NCBI GenBank assembly: GCA_964016885.1
Contig: OZ024742.1
Location: 94,116,001-94,180,000, forward strand
Source of the DNA: Eledone cirrhosa
Lineage: Eukaryota
DNA length: 64,000 nt
Direction of reading: 5' to 3'
Shown here: piece by piece, positions 1-13,750 of the stretch
How the letters are laid out: each line of letters starts with the position of its first letter
Position numbering within the stretch: the first letter of the stretch is position 1
Notes under the pieces: generated by a model
Told to the model about the DNA's origin: nothing
Database searches by the model: none
The model's input: only the letters and a program-made list of their open reading frames with translations
Made by a program: the position numbers and the translations under genes

Positions 1-66
1 ATATATATGTGTGTTTGTATATGCAAATATATATATAATGTATGTATATATATATATGTGTGTATG

Positions 67-151
<85 letters not shown>

Positions 152-250
152 GTATATATATATATGTATATATATGTATATATATATGTATATATATGTA
201 TATATATGTATATATATATATGTATATATATATATATGTATATATATATG

Positions 251-281
<31 letters not shown>

Positions 282-322
282 GTATATATATATGTATATA
301 TATATATATGTATATATATATG

Positions 323-413
<91 letters not shown>

Positions 414-517
414 GTATATATATATATATATAAATATATGAACATTGATGCATTATCTTATGTATACTTTCCCTAATTACATATAATCCTATATAAATTA
501 ATGTATGTATATATGTA

Positions 518-555
<38 letters not shown>

Positions 556-560
556 TATAT
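1..560. repeat. (TA)n / (TATG)-interrupted microsatellite
   Basis: Direct inspection; it produces the spurious Tyr/Ile ORFs at 7-476. Confidence 0.98.
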
Positions 561-1004
561 ACACATGCAAATATGAATATATGTGTTTGGATGCATGCAT
601 GTATGGATTTGTGTATGTGTGTGCTTGGTTCTTTTTGTAAGTTTACATACAAACTATTCTTACATTAACAGAAATTATTCCACCAGATTTTCACTTTCTC
701 CCATTTCGCTCTTTCTCCCATTTCGCTCTTTCATTTTAATGTCTCTCCATTTTCATACTTCATTATACAGCCACAAACACTCTGATGTGTCAATAATATA
801 TAAGTTATTGTGAAACAATTATAAAAGAAGTATTTAATTAACAAATCCTTAATTTATAAAAATAATTATCAGATATTAACTTCTAAAGAATATTGCCATA
901 TCTGCAAACTCATTGCCATATACACAGCCTCTTTATTCAGATATCCTCAAATGATATTATAGATTAACTTTTTTTTTATATGCACCTTCTTGTACCAATA
1001 AATA

Positions 1005-1150
1005 TTAGTAGTTAAGAAGTTGGCTCTGCAATCATGTGTTCAGTTGCACTGCGTGGCCTCATGTGCAAATATCTTTCCCAGAGCTCCTCAGGTTGGCCCA
1101 AGTTTGTGAGTGAAATTGGAGTGATTGAAGCTATTTAGAAGCCTGTAGGA
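1005..1150 (+). mobile_element. Degenerate tRNA-derived SINE (octopus OR-like family)
   Basis: Contains 'gttaagaagttggct...gttcagttgcactgcgtggc...ttgtgagtgaaattgg' and aligns by eye with 23482-23640. Family name is from memory. Confidence 0.55.
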
Positions 1151-2541
1151 TAGATTATGCTTGTAATTCAAGTTCCTTGTCACTTGTTGAGGGAAACTGA
1201 TTCAGCTTATGTATTGTGTATCTTTATGAATTAGACATCAGGTTGAATGACAACTGAAGAATCAAGCATCACCATTTTTGTTTCCTTGAACAGAAATTGA
1301 ACAATCTTACACAAACTCACAAACATTATCCCAAAACAAACAAAAAAAATGATTTTAAGGAAAAGGCAAAGCAGATGAATACTTTTTCAAGAAAGATATC
1401 TGTAAACTAAAAATCTGAACAAACTGCCTGCAACAGAATTAACTCTGTTAAAGGTGTTAAGTCAGGTGACATGAATTCTACACCTGTAGAACTCGGAATG
1501 CAAATTAAATACTGCATGGCACACCTGACACTCTAAATGGCAAATTTACCATGCTGGACAAGGGATTTATTTTAGCAATACAAAAAGGAAAGAAAGCAAA
1601 GATAACCATAGCAGGATTTGAATTCAGAGGAAAGGAATTATTAGGTCATGTATTACTAGATAAACCTAGATTGTTAACAGAGATGATCATGACAGGAACA
1701 CTTGCATGATTAAGGTTGACCTAGGGTTACACAATAACTAAACAACAACAAACCTCGTACTTTCTATCATATTTGAATGTGTTATCAGGCAATGTTCTCA
1801 ATGCAAGCACAGTATAGTTACAACACAGATCATGCTATGAAATGTAGCCTAAGTCAGTCATCATCATCATCATCATCATCCTAGTTTTTATGTCCACTTG
1901 CATGGGTTGGAAGGAAACAAAAATAGTGATGCTGGATTCTCCAGTTTTCATGATGAGCATCCAATTATTCATTCAACCAAATGTCCAACTCATAAAGATG
2001 CATGTACTCTTAACACAATACATAAGTTGAACCAATATCACTCAAGTGACAAGTATCTTATGTAAAATACAAGGCCTATTCGTTTTCATTTATTGTTTAG
2101 CCAAAAAGAGAAAAGCATTGCACATGATGCTTTTCTTCGTCTTTGAGACTGGTTGGAAATATAGAGTAAGGTATCCTCAAATAAGAGATTTTGTCTGAAT
2201 ACTTGCAACAGAGTGGGCCCTGTTAATGTCACTCCAGAGATTAGTGGAGATGTTAAAATGGGTAACCAATTAAATCTACCAAACAGCAGGATTTGAACTC
2301 AGAATGCAATAAGCCAGAACAAATACCACACGGCATCTTAGTTGATGCTCTAACAATACTGCTGATCTTCTGGCTTGAACCCTGGACTAGTACTTTATTT
2401 TATCAATCCTGAAAAGATGAATGACAGAGTTGAGCTTGGTTAAATTCGAACACAGAATGCAGTAAGCTAGAAAAAACAGCACAGTTCACATTTGCCCAAT
2501 TATCTTAAGACTACTGATTTACCGAATTGTTATAATCAATA

Positions 2542-2725
2542 GGCTGGATTGGCAGTATCGGTAGAGAGTCGGACGCCATGCTTTCCAGCATAGTTACGTC
2601 CCTTTGTGGTCTGAGTTCAAATCCCGCCGAGGTTAACTTTGCCTTTCATCCTTACGGGGTCGATAAAATAAAGTACCAGTAATGTACTGGGTAATTGATG
2701 GCCTTGTGACAAAAGTAGAAACAAT
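2542..2725 (+). mobile_element. Near full-length tRNA-derived SINE (family S1, Meta-domain-like core)
   Basis: Box A-like TGGCAGTATCGG, box B GAGTTCAAATCC, core GCCTTTCATCCTTACGGGGTCGATAAAATAAAGTACC, and 3' end GTAGAAACAATT followed by an AT-rich tandem tail. Many other copies occur in the window. Confidence 0.88.
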
Positions 2726-2894
2726 TATATATATATAGTAATAATTATATATATATAGTAATAATAATAATTATATATATATAGTAATAATAATAATTAT
2801 ATATATATAGTAATAATAATAAATTTGAAGACTAAAATCCAAAGACGGCTCGATAAGGATAAATATATATCAAATATATAAGAACCGTAGAGCA

Positions 2895-3690
2895 AATATT
2901 TATTAAAATAACAGATTAAAGTTTAAGCAAAGAATCGCTGCTTTCACCCTTAACGGGATCTTCTGAAACTAACAAAGTCAATCTGTAAACGCAGGAGTGG
3001 ATATTTCAAAAAACGTTGCAACCGGAGGAAGACAAGAAGACGATACTTTGGTTCGTGGAAACGTTCCCTGGCAAAGAACGGGAAAAACGAATATAATACG
3101 TCATTAATAGGAGCGGTGAAAATCTATTACACGCAAAGATAGAACCACGTTTATGGTATAAAAGAAGTCGTAGACAAATGTTCTCTTAGGTGGTTCATAG
3201 AGACGTTCTCTGGCAATGAACGGAAAAAACGAAGATAATACGTCATATGTGGATCGTGGAGAACAATTGTACGCAAACACAAACCCTGTAAATGGTATAG
3301 CTGAAGTCGTAGACTAAAATTCTTACTAGGAAACCGAATGAATCTCCGCCTCAGAGTTAAGAATAAAGTAAAATACAATACAGAGGTAATAGAAATTAAA
3401 TAAATACATACACGCACGCAAATACGTACATACACAAGCATACGCGAAAACACTTGCCATAGGTATACAAAACCACGCACATATAAATATGTGTGTGTGT
3501 GCGTGTATACAAATAAATAAATAATTAAATAAACGCATATAAATAAATAAATACGTATATAACAAGCGCACACACATACCTACATGTAAATACACAAATG
3601 TTCGGAGACGTAAGTCAACTAAAACATGACGTACACATATACACACACCCTACATACGTACGAACCTGCATACTCACACAGACGAAAACT
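2895..3690. repeat. Interspersed non-coding repeat, copy 1 (copy 2 at about 6916-7670)
   Basis: Colinear similarity to 6916-7670; internal duplication of about 140 bp (about 3048-3175 and 3190-3320). Confidence 0.85.
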
Positions 3691-3702
3691 CCCGTATACA
3701 CA

Positions 3703-3741
<39 letters not shown>

Positions 3742-3794
3742 CAAGAAAGAAGAGTGACACGGTTTGCTATACAAAAAAGGTTTTTAATCACATT

Positions 3795-3900
3795 GCTGAC
3801 AATTGTTTCTCTGAACTGGTAGGTCTAGAGATCGCTACCCGCCTGTTTTCGCGTCATTCGATCACCAATACATAGTTGTAACCAGTCAATTCATCAGAGC
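3795..3900 (-). ncRNA. Putative type I hammerhead ribozyme with enlarged stem II
   Basis: Minus strand reads gct-CTGATGA-(about 80 nt closed by actggt/accagt)-GAAAC-AATT-GTC-agc. The core is intact, stem III is palindromic (ACAATTGT) and stem I has 3 bp. Confidence 0.55.
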
Positions 3901-3968
3901 TAGCGAGAATGAAGGGAATACACAGGCATGGCTTCTATATATAATAATATTATTATATATAGAAGCCA

Positions 3969-4074
3969 TGCCTGATGAATTGGCTGGTTACAGGTATGTA
4001 TTGGTGATCGAATGACGCGAAAACAGGCGGGTAGCGATCTCTAGACCTACCAGTTCAGAGAAACAATTGTCAGC
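3969..4074 (+). ncRNA. Mirror copy of the hammerhead-like motif, stem I disrupted
   Basis: CTGATGA at 3972 and GAAACAATTGTC at 4060-4071; the 5' strand of stem I is altered by a deletion relative to the left arm. Confidence 0.4.
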
Positions 4075-4287
4075 AATGTGATTAAAACCCTTTTTTATAT
4101 AGCAAACCGTGTCACTCTTCTTTCTTGATTTATCATTACTCCAAGTGTTAACAACATAGAAATCACCGCGTACTCGCAGCATCACTATGGAAACGCCTTG
4201 TTGAGTCAAATTTAGCCAAGCGTTGATATCATCCCCTACTCGGAGTACCCTAACTGGACTACACATAAGTGGACTACCTATAACAAT

Positions 4288-4790
4288 AATCTGTTATCCC
4301 GTATATATGTGGAAGTCGGACCTTCGTAAAGACCTGAAAATCCGCCTCTTCATTGCTGTAGTGGAGTCTGTGCTGCTGTACGGGTTTGAGACTTGGACAC
4401 TGACCAAGAAACTCACTCAGATGGTGGATGGGTGCTACACGAGAATGCTGAGGATGGCTCTGAACATTAATCAGTATACACTGAGGATGAAAAACTCAGA
4501 GCTGTATGGGAGCGTCCCAAAAGTCAGCTCAAAAGTTACACAGAGGAGACTGAGGTTAGCTGGACATGCTGACCGACATCCAGAGTTGACATTGCAGTCA
4601 GTACTCCTGTGGGAGGCCCTACATGGACACACTGGAAGAGGAAGACCAAGGTTAACGTATGTTGATGCCCTAAGGACAGACACTGGTCTGTTGGAGACGT
4701 AGGACATGGCAGCGATAATGAGGGACAGAGACCGCTGGAGAGAACTCGTCCATGGATCTCGGGAATTTTACCCGCCCTAGATAGATAGAT
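4288..4790 (+). mobile_element. 5'-truncated RTE-clade LINE (ORF C-terminus plus (TAGA)n tail)
   Basis: Translation KIRLFIAVVESVLLYGFETWTLTK...DGCYTRMLRMALNI...RRLRLAGH...GRGRPRLTY is a typical RTE C-terminus. Confidence 0.88.
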
Positions 4791-4804
4791 ATATATAAAT
4801 ATAT

Positions 4805-5200
4805 ATCATCATCATCATCATCATCGTTTAATGTTCATCTTACACGCTTGCATGGGTTTGGACGAGAGTTTTTCCACTTGAGGCAAGATTGGTCGTCTTG
4901 CTCGTATAGGACTGTCTGGCGGATTTTCTACGGCTGGATGCCCTTCCTAATACCAACCACCTTTACAGTGTGGACTGGGAGGTTTTTACCGTGTTACCTA
5001 CACGGCCACATTACAGTGTGGACTGTGTGGGTTTTTTTTCGTGACACCTACACGACCTCATTTATTTCGGACTGGATGCTGGGGTACCAACATAACTTTA
5101 CAACGAAAGGGGTGGTGTGGATGGGGTGGGGGTTGTGTGCTGGGGTGTATTTTTGTTAGAGGTGCCTACCGACTGTAGGTTTCGCTTTGTACTTAGGCAA
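4805..5200 (-). mobile_element. RTE LINE 3'UTR fragment with (GAT)n tail
   Basis: Reverse complement of 30820-31210, which directly follows an RTE ORF. Confidence 0.82.
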
Positions 5201-5202
5201 GG

Positions 5203-6017
<815 letters not shown>

Positions 6018-6529
6018 AGATATTTAATTTGTTGGAAATCCAACAAATATAGATGTTTATAACTGAATCAGAGTACTCGACAAGTTTCTGGAGTAAGTAT
6101 TCAATGATATTAAATGACTTTCCAGGGATAACTTGAACCGTTAAGGTATATTATCCTTGGTCATGTCAAATATTTATAAAACATTTTGTATTTTATCTGA
6201 TGATCGTGTACCAAAATTTGTTGTACCCTTGAAATATATATAATAGAATAAATATGGTTTTATAAATATAGTTTCCATTTATTTAATATCATTGATTATA
6301 TATTGATTATATATATATATATATTATAAGACACGGGAGTTTTCACTTTATGATGGTAAATTCGTATTTGTGTGGAATGACTATATAAACATAGTGAAAG
6401 AACATCATACCAGATATTTTTTCTGAACATGGTTAATACAGTAATGTGATATAATTTTCCAGATGTTAAATCTTCAAGTATGGTAGAAAGTTCAAAGAAT
6501 TCACGGAATAATTTAGTATAAAACATTGT

Positions 6530-6860
6530 ATCAGGAAAAACAGGAAAGGAATAAGGAGAAATTTGAAGAGAGATTTATGTGGTTCGGACGTGTCTGCCTC
6601 TTCTCGTCGATTGATTTGTTCGGACTTAAGTCCATAAGTATCATTGACTTGTCTCTCTTTTTCTCTCTTTACGTTGCATTACTACTATGTTGTTTGTTTA
6701 CTTTCCCCATCCAGTTCGCTCTGTCCCAATAACTTATTTTAGTTATTGCTCGCACTGATTTTGAGGTATTTGGTCTTTAATGCGAAGAAATACCAATGAT
6801 AGTCAGCAGATTACTGACGATGGACAGTCCCGTTTCTCGGTCTATTTTCATAATATGTAT
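6530..6860 (+). repeat. Diverged relative of the 9472-10935 repeat unit
   Basis: Shares 'cccaataacttattttagttattg', 'ggactt..gtcc', 'gcgaagaaataccaatgat' and 'ctgaYgatgga' with 10145-10400. Confidence 0.75.
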
Positions 6861-6915
6861 CACATTCGCAACAACGCAGCACGCCTTTTTTTCATATATA
6901 TATATATATATATAT

Positions 6916-7670
6916 ATTTATTAAAACAACAGATTAAATTTTAAGCAAAGAATCGCTGCTTTCCCCATTAACGGGATCTTCTGAAACTAAAACTGTCAAT
7001 CTGTGAACGCAGAAGTAAATATTTTAAAAAACGTTGCAACCGAAGGAAGACAGGAAGACGATACTTTGGTTCGTGGAAACGTTCCCTGACAAAGAACGAA
7101 AAAAAAACAAGATAATACGTCATTATTTGGATCGGTGAGAACAATTACACGCAAAGACAAAACCACGTTAATGGTATAAATGAGGTCGTAGACTAAAATT
7201 CTATTAGAAAAGCGAATGATTCTCGGCTTCAGAGTTAAGAATAAAGTAAATAAAATACAGAGGTAATTGAAATTAAATATATACATACACCATCCATATA
7301 CGTACGTAGACAAGCATACGCGAAAACACTCGCCATGGGTATGCAAATACAAGCACGTACACAAAAAGAAAAAGAAAAAAAAACACGCACGCACATACAG
7401 AACCCACGCAACGCCTGTACCCGAACACATACGAACGTATACACCAAATACACATAAAAATATATATTTAAAAAAATATATATATATATATATATGTGTG
7501 TGTGTTTGTGTGCATGTATACATAATATATATAAATATACACACATAAATACGTATATAACGCGCGCACACATACCTACATGTAAATACACATATGTTCG
7601 CAGACCTACGTCGACCAAAACACAAAGTACACATATGTACGAACCCGCATACTCACACAGACGCAAAAGT
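6916..7670. repeat. Interspersed non-coding repeat, copy 2 (of 2895-3690)
   Basis: Colinear with copy 1 but lacks its internal duplication. Confidence 0.85.
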
Positions 7671-7931
7671 CACATAAACAGCTACTCACTACCATGCACA
7701 AGCACACAGGCTCATATGTACACACATGGATAGACACATAAGCTCACACTATAAAAACTTTCAAGATCTGAGTCATCACATCTTAATATGAACAGAATTA
7801 CATTAACTACATGAGAATATTATATATATATGTGTGAAATAGAGTGTGTGATATGTGTATGGATACATATTTACGTTAATGCATATAAATATATTATTCT
7901 TATACTCATCTATATATAAATGCATACATAC

Positions 7932-7999
<68 letters not shown>

Positions 8000-9164
8000 T
8001 AACAAATCAAAGATCACCAATAGATAGTGACCCGTTATGTATATATTGATAGCAATAACAATCTCATACATTATCAGCAAATACGAGTAGATTGCTTGTC
8101 TTCACTGTCCAGATCCCTTTAATTTACTACCAATTTTGTCTAAGTGTCTTATCAGAATCATGTGATAAGTAATATCATGAGCTATCAGACGTAATAGCCA
8201 GATCCTATCATTTTATTGTCATCATATCAAGTTTAAAATGTGTGTACGTATATATGGATCATACATGCATTTACGCAAGTTGATGGATTTCAGTGCATTT
8301 TGAAATTTTCGCCTTTAGAGCTCAGAATGATTGATATCAAAATATATACCAGTAAATATTTATATATCGAACATTCATATGCTTCAATCTCAAATGTTTG
8401 GGTTTTGTTTTCTTATGTTAAAAATGTTATGCATTTGTATATCTGTTGATAGTGACAAATAAGTATGTATGTGTGCACTAATAGGAATGAATACTACATA
8501 AATATTCATATATTCATTTATGTGTGTGGTGGGGTGTAAGAGAAATAATGAAATACTTATTAGTTTCAAACATTGGATTTTGACCATGCTTATCCCTGCA
8601 TTTATGTATATACCACATGACTAAATTTTTTATACAAAACTTGCATTGTATCAAACATGAATGCACACGGGCGTGCATGTGTACATGTGACTGGCACACT
8701 CAAACAGACACACATACGAGGTTTGTCGCCATGAAGGGAAGTTTTCTTCAGAACATTTTAGGTGAGAACTCTTTCACAAGAAATATATTTTAGTACGTTT
8801 TTTATGAGTTCTATTTTCTAAAGCTAAGGGTGGACTATTGTAAATTAAAGGATACAGTGCCATCCAGAGGTACACTCACTAAACTTGACAATAAGCTAGA
8901 CCTCAAATAAGATTTATATTCTATCTTGTCTGTTGGGTTTTATGATTTTTTTTAATTGTACATATAATATATGTATGTATGTATAAATATATGTATGAAT
9001 GTATGTATAAATATATGTATGTATAAATATACTGGACCGCCTGTGACCCGTCGGGTCATGCTCGCTTTAAAATATTTTCTAAACATTATGTACACTTAAA
9101 AATAATTTTTAAATAATTAAAATATACACAGATATGTGTATAATGTAAAATTAAATTAGAAGGC

Positions 9165-9294
<130 letters not shown>

Positions 9295-9359
9295 GAATAG
9301 AAAACGAAAAATTAGTGATGCATATGAACTCAATTTATTGTGTGTTACAATTGTTTCGC

Positions 9360-9390
<31 letters not shown>

Positions 9391-9406
9391 CACACACACA
9401 TATATA

Positions 9407-9471
<65 letters not shown>

Positions 9472-9476
<5 letters not shown>

Positions 9477-10935
9477 TACGGGCGAAAGAGGATAATATCC
9501 ATCATCAGTTGTCTGCTAGGAATCATAGATATTTGTTCGCGTTAGAGACAATATACCTCAATATGGTGCGATCAATAACTAAAATAAGTTGTTAGGATAA
9601 AAGGAGGGAGAGAGAGAGAAAAAAGTAAACAGACACGAAAAGTGAAGCAACGTAAAGAGAGGAAAAGTATCAAGTCAACAAACTTTTTTCGGACATAAGT
9701 CCTGGCAAGTGTGACGAGAGAACAGACACTTATTCACTGTATGAGTGTGAGCGAGAAAAGAGACTGCTTGCAGTGGCAGATGATGGAGGAAGTGAGCTAG
9801 CGGAGAGAGGGGGACTATCAGAGAGGGTGAGCGAAAGTAAGAGGGAGAAAGAGAGAGAAAAGGGGGAGAGATGATACCAGCAAGGGAAGAGAAAAGACGG
9901 GTCACAGCGAATATGGAAAATTATATGAATAAAATGGCGGGCTGTGTTGTTGCAATTAAGTATAATGAAAATAAAAAGTTACGGGCGAAAGAGGGTAATA
10001 TCCATCATTAGTTGTCTGCTAGGAATCATAGATATTTCTTCGCGTTAGAGACAATATATCTAGTCTCCCTCTCTCTGCTAGCTCACTTCCTCCCTGGTCC
10101 GCCACTGGAAGCAGTCTCTTTTCTCTCCCACACTCCTACAGTGAAGACGTGCCTGTTCTCTCGTCACACTTGCCAGGACTTATGTCCGAAAAAAGTTTGT
10201 TGACTTGATATTTTTACTTTCTTTACGTTGCTTCACTTTTCGTGCCTGTTAGCGTTTTTTTTTCTCTCTCTCCCTCTTTTTATCCCAATAACTTATTTTA
10301 GTTATTGATCGCACTAGGTTGAGATATATTGCCTCTAACGCGAAAAAATACCAATGATTCTTAGCAGACAACTGATGATGAATATTACCCTCTTTCGCCC
10401 GTAACTTTTTATTTTCATTATACTTAATTACAACCACACAGCCTGCCATTTTATTCATATATTTTTCCATACCCGCTGTGACCCGTCTTTTCTATTCCTT
10501 TGTTGCTATCATCTATCCCCCTTTTCTGTTTTTTTCTTCCTCTTACATTCGCTCCCCCCCCCCCTGCTAGTCCCCTTCTCTCTGCTAGCCAGCCACTTTC
10601 TCTTTCTCGCTTCCTCTTACTTTCACTCACTCCCTCTCTGATATTCACCCTCTCTCCGCTAACTCCCTTCCTCCCTCGTCCGCCACTGGAAGCAGTCTCT
10701 TTTCTCACCCACACTCCTACAGTGAAGACGCGTCTGTTCTCTTGTCACACTTGCCAAGACTTATGTCCGAAAAAAGTTTGTTGACTTGATATATTTCCTC
10801 TCTTTACGTTGCTTCACTTTTCGTGTCTGTTCTTTTTTTTTTCTCTCTCTCCCTCTTTTTATCCCAATAACTTATTTTAGTTATTGATCGCACTAGGTTG
10901 AGATATATTGCCTCTAACGCGAAGAAATATCTATG
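9472..10935. mobile_element. Non-coding tandem plus inverted repeat element (unit about 500-580 bp), possibly a non-autonomous Penelope/retrozyme-like element
   Basis: 9472-10060 is about 1.2 tandem units in one orientation (period about 503). 10061-10935 is about 1.5 units inverted (period about 581). It abuts a (TA)n tract. Confidence 0.7.
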
Positions 10936-11049
10936 TTGAATAATTCAACAAAAGCAAACCACACTCCAAGAGTTAAAAAGGTGAGGGAAGGAGTGGACAA
11001 CTTTGTCGCTCTTTACAGAAGATGAAAACATTTGTGGTTTGAAAGTAAA

Positions 11050-11720
11050 AAAATGTTTTAGAGGGATATAGAGAGGGAATGAGAATTTGGTGGTCTGGTG
11101 AGAGGGGGAATTGTGATAGAGAGTAAGGTTTGTAGTGGAATATAGAGAGTGTGAGAGAATTTGTTGGTTTAGTGAGAGGTATTGTGAGAGTGAGAGAGTA
11201 AGGTATGTTTGGAATATAGAGAGGGGGATAGACAATTTGGTTTAGTGAGAGAGGAGGTATTGTGAGAGTGAGAGAGAGTAAGGAATGTAGTGGAATATAG
11301 AGAGGTGGAGATTGATTGGTGTTCTAGTGAGATAGAGGGAATTGTGCGAGAGTGAGGTATGTAGTGGTATAGAGTTAGGGGGAGAAATATTGTTGGTCTA
11401 GTGAGAGAGGGAGAATTAGGAGAGTGAGTTATGTAGTTGAATATAGAGGGGGAGAGAATTTGGTGGTTTAGTGAGAAAGGGTGGATTTTGATCGAGAGTG
11501 AGGTATGTAGTGAGATCTAGAGAGGGGGAGATAGATTAGTGTTCTAGTGAGAGAAGGGGGATTGAGAGAGAGAGTGAGGTGTGTAGTAGTATAGCGTGAG
11601 GGGGGAGATTTTTTGGTTTAGTTAGAGAGGAGAAATTAAGAGAGTGAAAAAGAGTGAGAAATATAGTCGAATATAGAGAGGGTGGGAAAGGTATACTGTT
11701 TTCGTTAGAGAGGTGTAATA
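11050..11720. repeat. Degenerate purine-rich minisatellite (unit about 60-65 bp)
   Basis: Recurrent 'gagtgaggtatgtagtggaatatagagagggg...tggtttagtgaga' motif. Confidence 0.85.
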
Positions 11721-11875
11721 TTTTGAGAGGGAGTGACGAAATAAATGTAAGAGGGAAGAAAAATGTTTTAACATTGGGTTTCACAGTAAATTAAATTTCA
11801 TTTTATTCACAGTTGTAGAAATAACATTACAAATTATTTATAATTCTTAGAGAATGAATATAAAACACAAATAAT

Positions 11876-11988
11876 TGTTTCTACTTTTGGCACAAGGCAA
11901 GCAAATACCCAGTGCATTACTGGTACTTTATTTTATCGACCCCGTAAGGATGAAAGGCAAAGTTAACCTTGGCGGGATTTGAACTCGG
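11876..11988 (-). mobile_element. 5'-truncated S1 SINE with 20-bp TSD
   Basis: Reverse complement of 2613-2725; flanked by GAATATAAAACACAAATAAT at 11856-11875 and 11989-12008. Confidence 0.92.
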
Positions 11989-12864
11989 GAATATAAAACA
12001 CAAATAATATACACAATTAGTTATTGCTGGGAACTTTATAAATATAATACATAGAAATATATTATCAAGCGAGAGAAAAAAGGCAATGGATTTCCAAAAT
12101 GTTTCTACTGTTTCATTTTTCTATATCTTACCTTCTTTGATGTCACCGCGTATTGTTCTATAGAATTTCAATGTTGTTTTTAAAATCTTGACATTTTGAG
12201 ATGACCGTCTTATATAATGCATAGAGTTCCTAACTGTGAGGCCGTTAACTGATAGGTGTGTCACGAAATTATGTGCAATCTGATATTAATTTTTACGAAT
12301 AGTTGAACGTGAAGTTTAATTTACTTCTAGCAGCCAAGTGATTGGTGGAATGTCATACATGTAAATGTTTATTAATATGGTTTTATTAACAACTTTAATA
12401 AGTGTGTCACTAATGTAAGCAGTTTCGAAATCTCTGATCTAATATATGATACCTTTTTAATTTATTATTTACAGCTAGTATTTTTGTTTACAACATTCAA
12501 ATGCGTGCAATCGTGCTTCTTCACTGCTGGTGTTAAATAGTTTACTAAAACATCTTATACAGACAATTACAAATTATATAATGAATATATTTTACAAAAG
12601 AAACAAATGAATAGACATTAATCAGAAAAAGTAAACTAGAGAAGTCACTACACAATATAACAAGGAATGCTGGTGTTCCCTCTAAATCCAATTGTTTATG
12701 ATTTATTTAATAATCATACAGTACAAATTTTTGTTTATTTTTTTCTAGAAAGGTGACAGACTTCCCTATGTAATTTAATTTGTTTATTCAAAAACAAAAC
12801 ATGCATACAAAACGTGTTAGCACTTCTGGTCTGAAAATATGAACACAATTTCTTTAATAAATAT

Positions 12865-13140
12865 GAGAGGTAGATGTCTCATTTGGGACGCCACAATCTG
12901 TGACTCCTTCCCACATTTTGGAACCCACGATAAATGTGTGGGCCTTTGCTTCTGTAGCCGAACGGAATAAAATTCTAAAATACAAGGAATTATCGACAAA
13001 CTATTTTTTACAGCCAGTGGCGTTCGAGACGTTACGTGGAGCCGCTGACAGCGACGTCCTTGTCATTGTTAGCGTCTCGCCTTACCGAGATGTCTGGTGA
13101 TGCACGAGAGAATGGTTGGTTGTTTCAGCGCCTTTAGTGA
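12865..13140 (+). mobile_element. CRE-like LINE fragment (restriction-like endonuclease C-terminus)
   Basis: Fragments WDATI and ASVAERNKILKYKELSTNYFLQPVAFETL...WLFQRL match the CRE-clade RLE pattern. Confidence 0.7.
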
Positions 13141-13477
13141 GACCAATTGATGCACTTAGTGTTGAATTAGTGGTTCTTTTTGTTTTATTCTTCTCTCGCT
13201 TTGATTATATATGTTTCTGCATTATATTTATGAGGTTCCTAACAATACTTAATTGATTACTTGTGTGTACGGTAACTCTATTTAATCTCGTGTATTTTAT
13301 CTGATAATAAATTTTGTTTACAAACGTAACAAAAAAAGAATGGATTGAAATATCTGTAGAGGTGCACACGCGATTACAAGCTAGTTATCCTTCATACAAT
13401 TGTCAATTCTCTGTCGGAAGTCATTTGTAACGATACTCGAATATTTAAACATCCATAACCTTTTGTTTATGAAGACG

Positions 13478-13750
13478 TACGGCTTGGTGGTTAGAGTGTT
13501 CGACTCGTGATTTTAAGGTTGTGCCTTGTATTCTTGAGCAATATCTATAGCTCCATTCCACTTAGCTGGAAAAAAAAATAGTTGTACCTGTCATTCAATG
13601 AGCCAGCTTTGTAACTATGTCATGCTGGATCTTCCTGGCGTTGTAGGTACTCATGTCTGTAGAATGCTCACACACTTGTACGTTAATTCCACAAACAGAA
13701 TGTCCCGTTGGTCAGACAACTGGAATGCTCCTCGTTGCAACTGATGGTTT
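13478..13750 (+). mobile_element. Degenerate tRNA-derived SINE (second family; related copy on minus at about 40430-40690)
   Basis: 'ggcttggtggttagagtgttcgactc' head and 'cttgagcaa...cacttagctgg' core. Confidence 0.5.

Larger units (their letters stand above)
3737..4133. repeat. About 400-bp near-perfect palindrome (fold-back element)
   Basis: 3737-3897 is the reverse complement of about 3972-4133 with few mismatches; a central AT-rich palindrome spans about 3924-3974. Confidence 0.95.

Noticed and set aside
2542-2630. Possible tRNA gene (boxes A and B)
   Set aside because: No cloverleaf could be formed, and it continues into the SINE core and tail.
9044-9058. Isolated GC-rich hairpin tgacccg-t-cgggtca
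   Set aside because: Too short to assign; no terminal CTAG or partner terminus was found.
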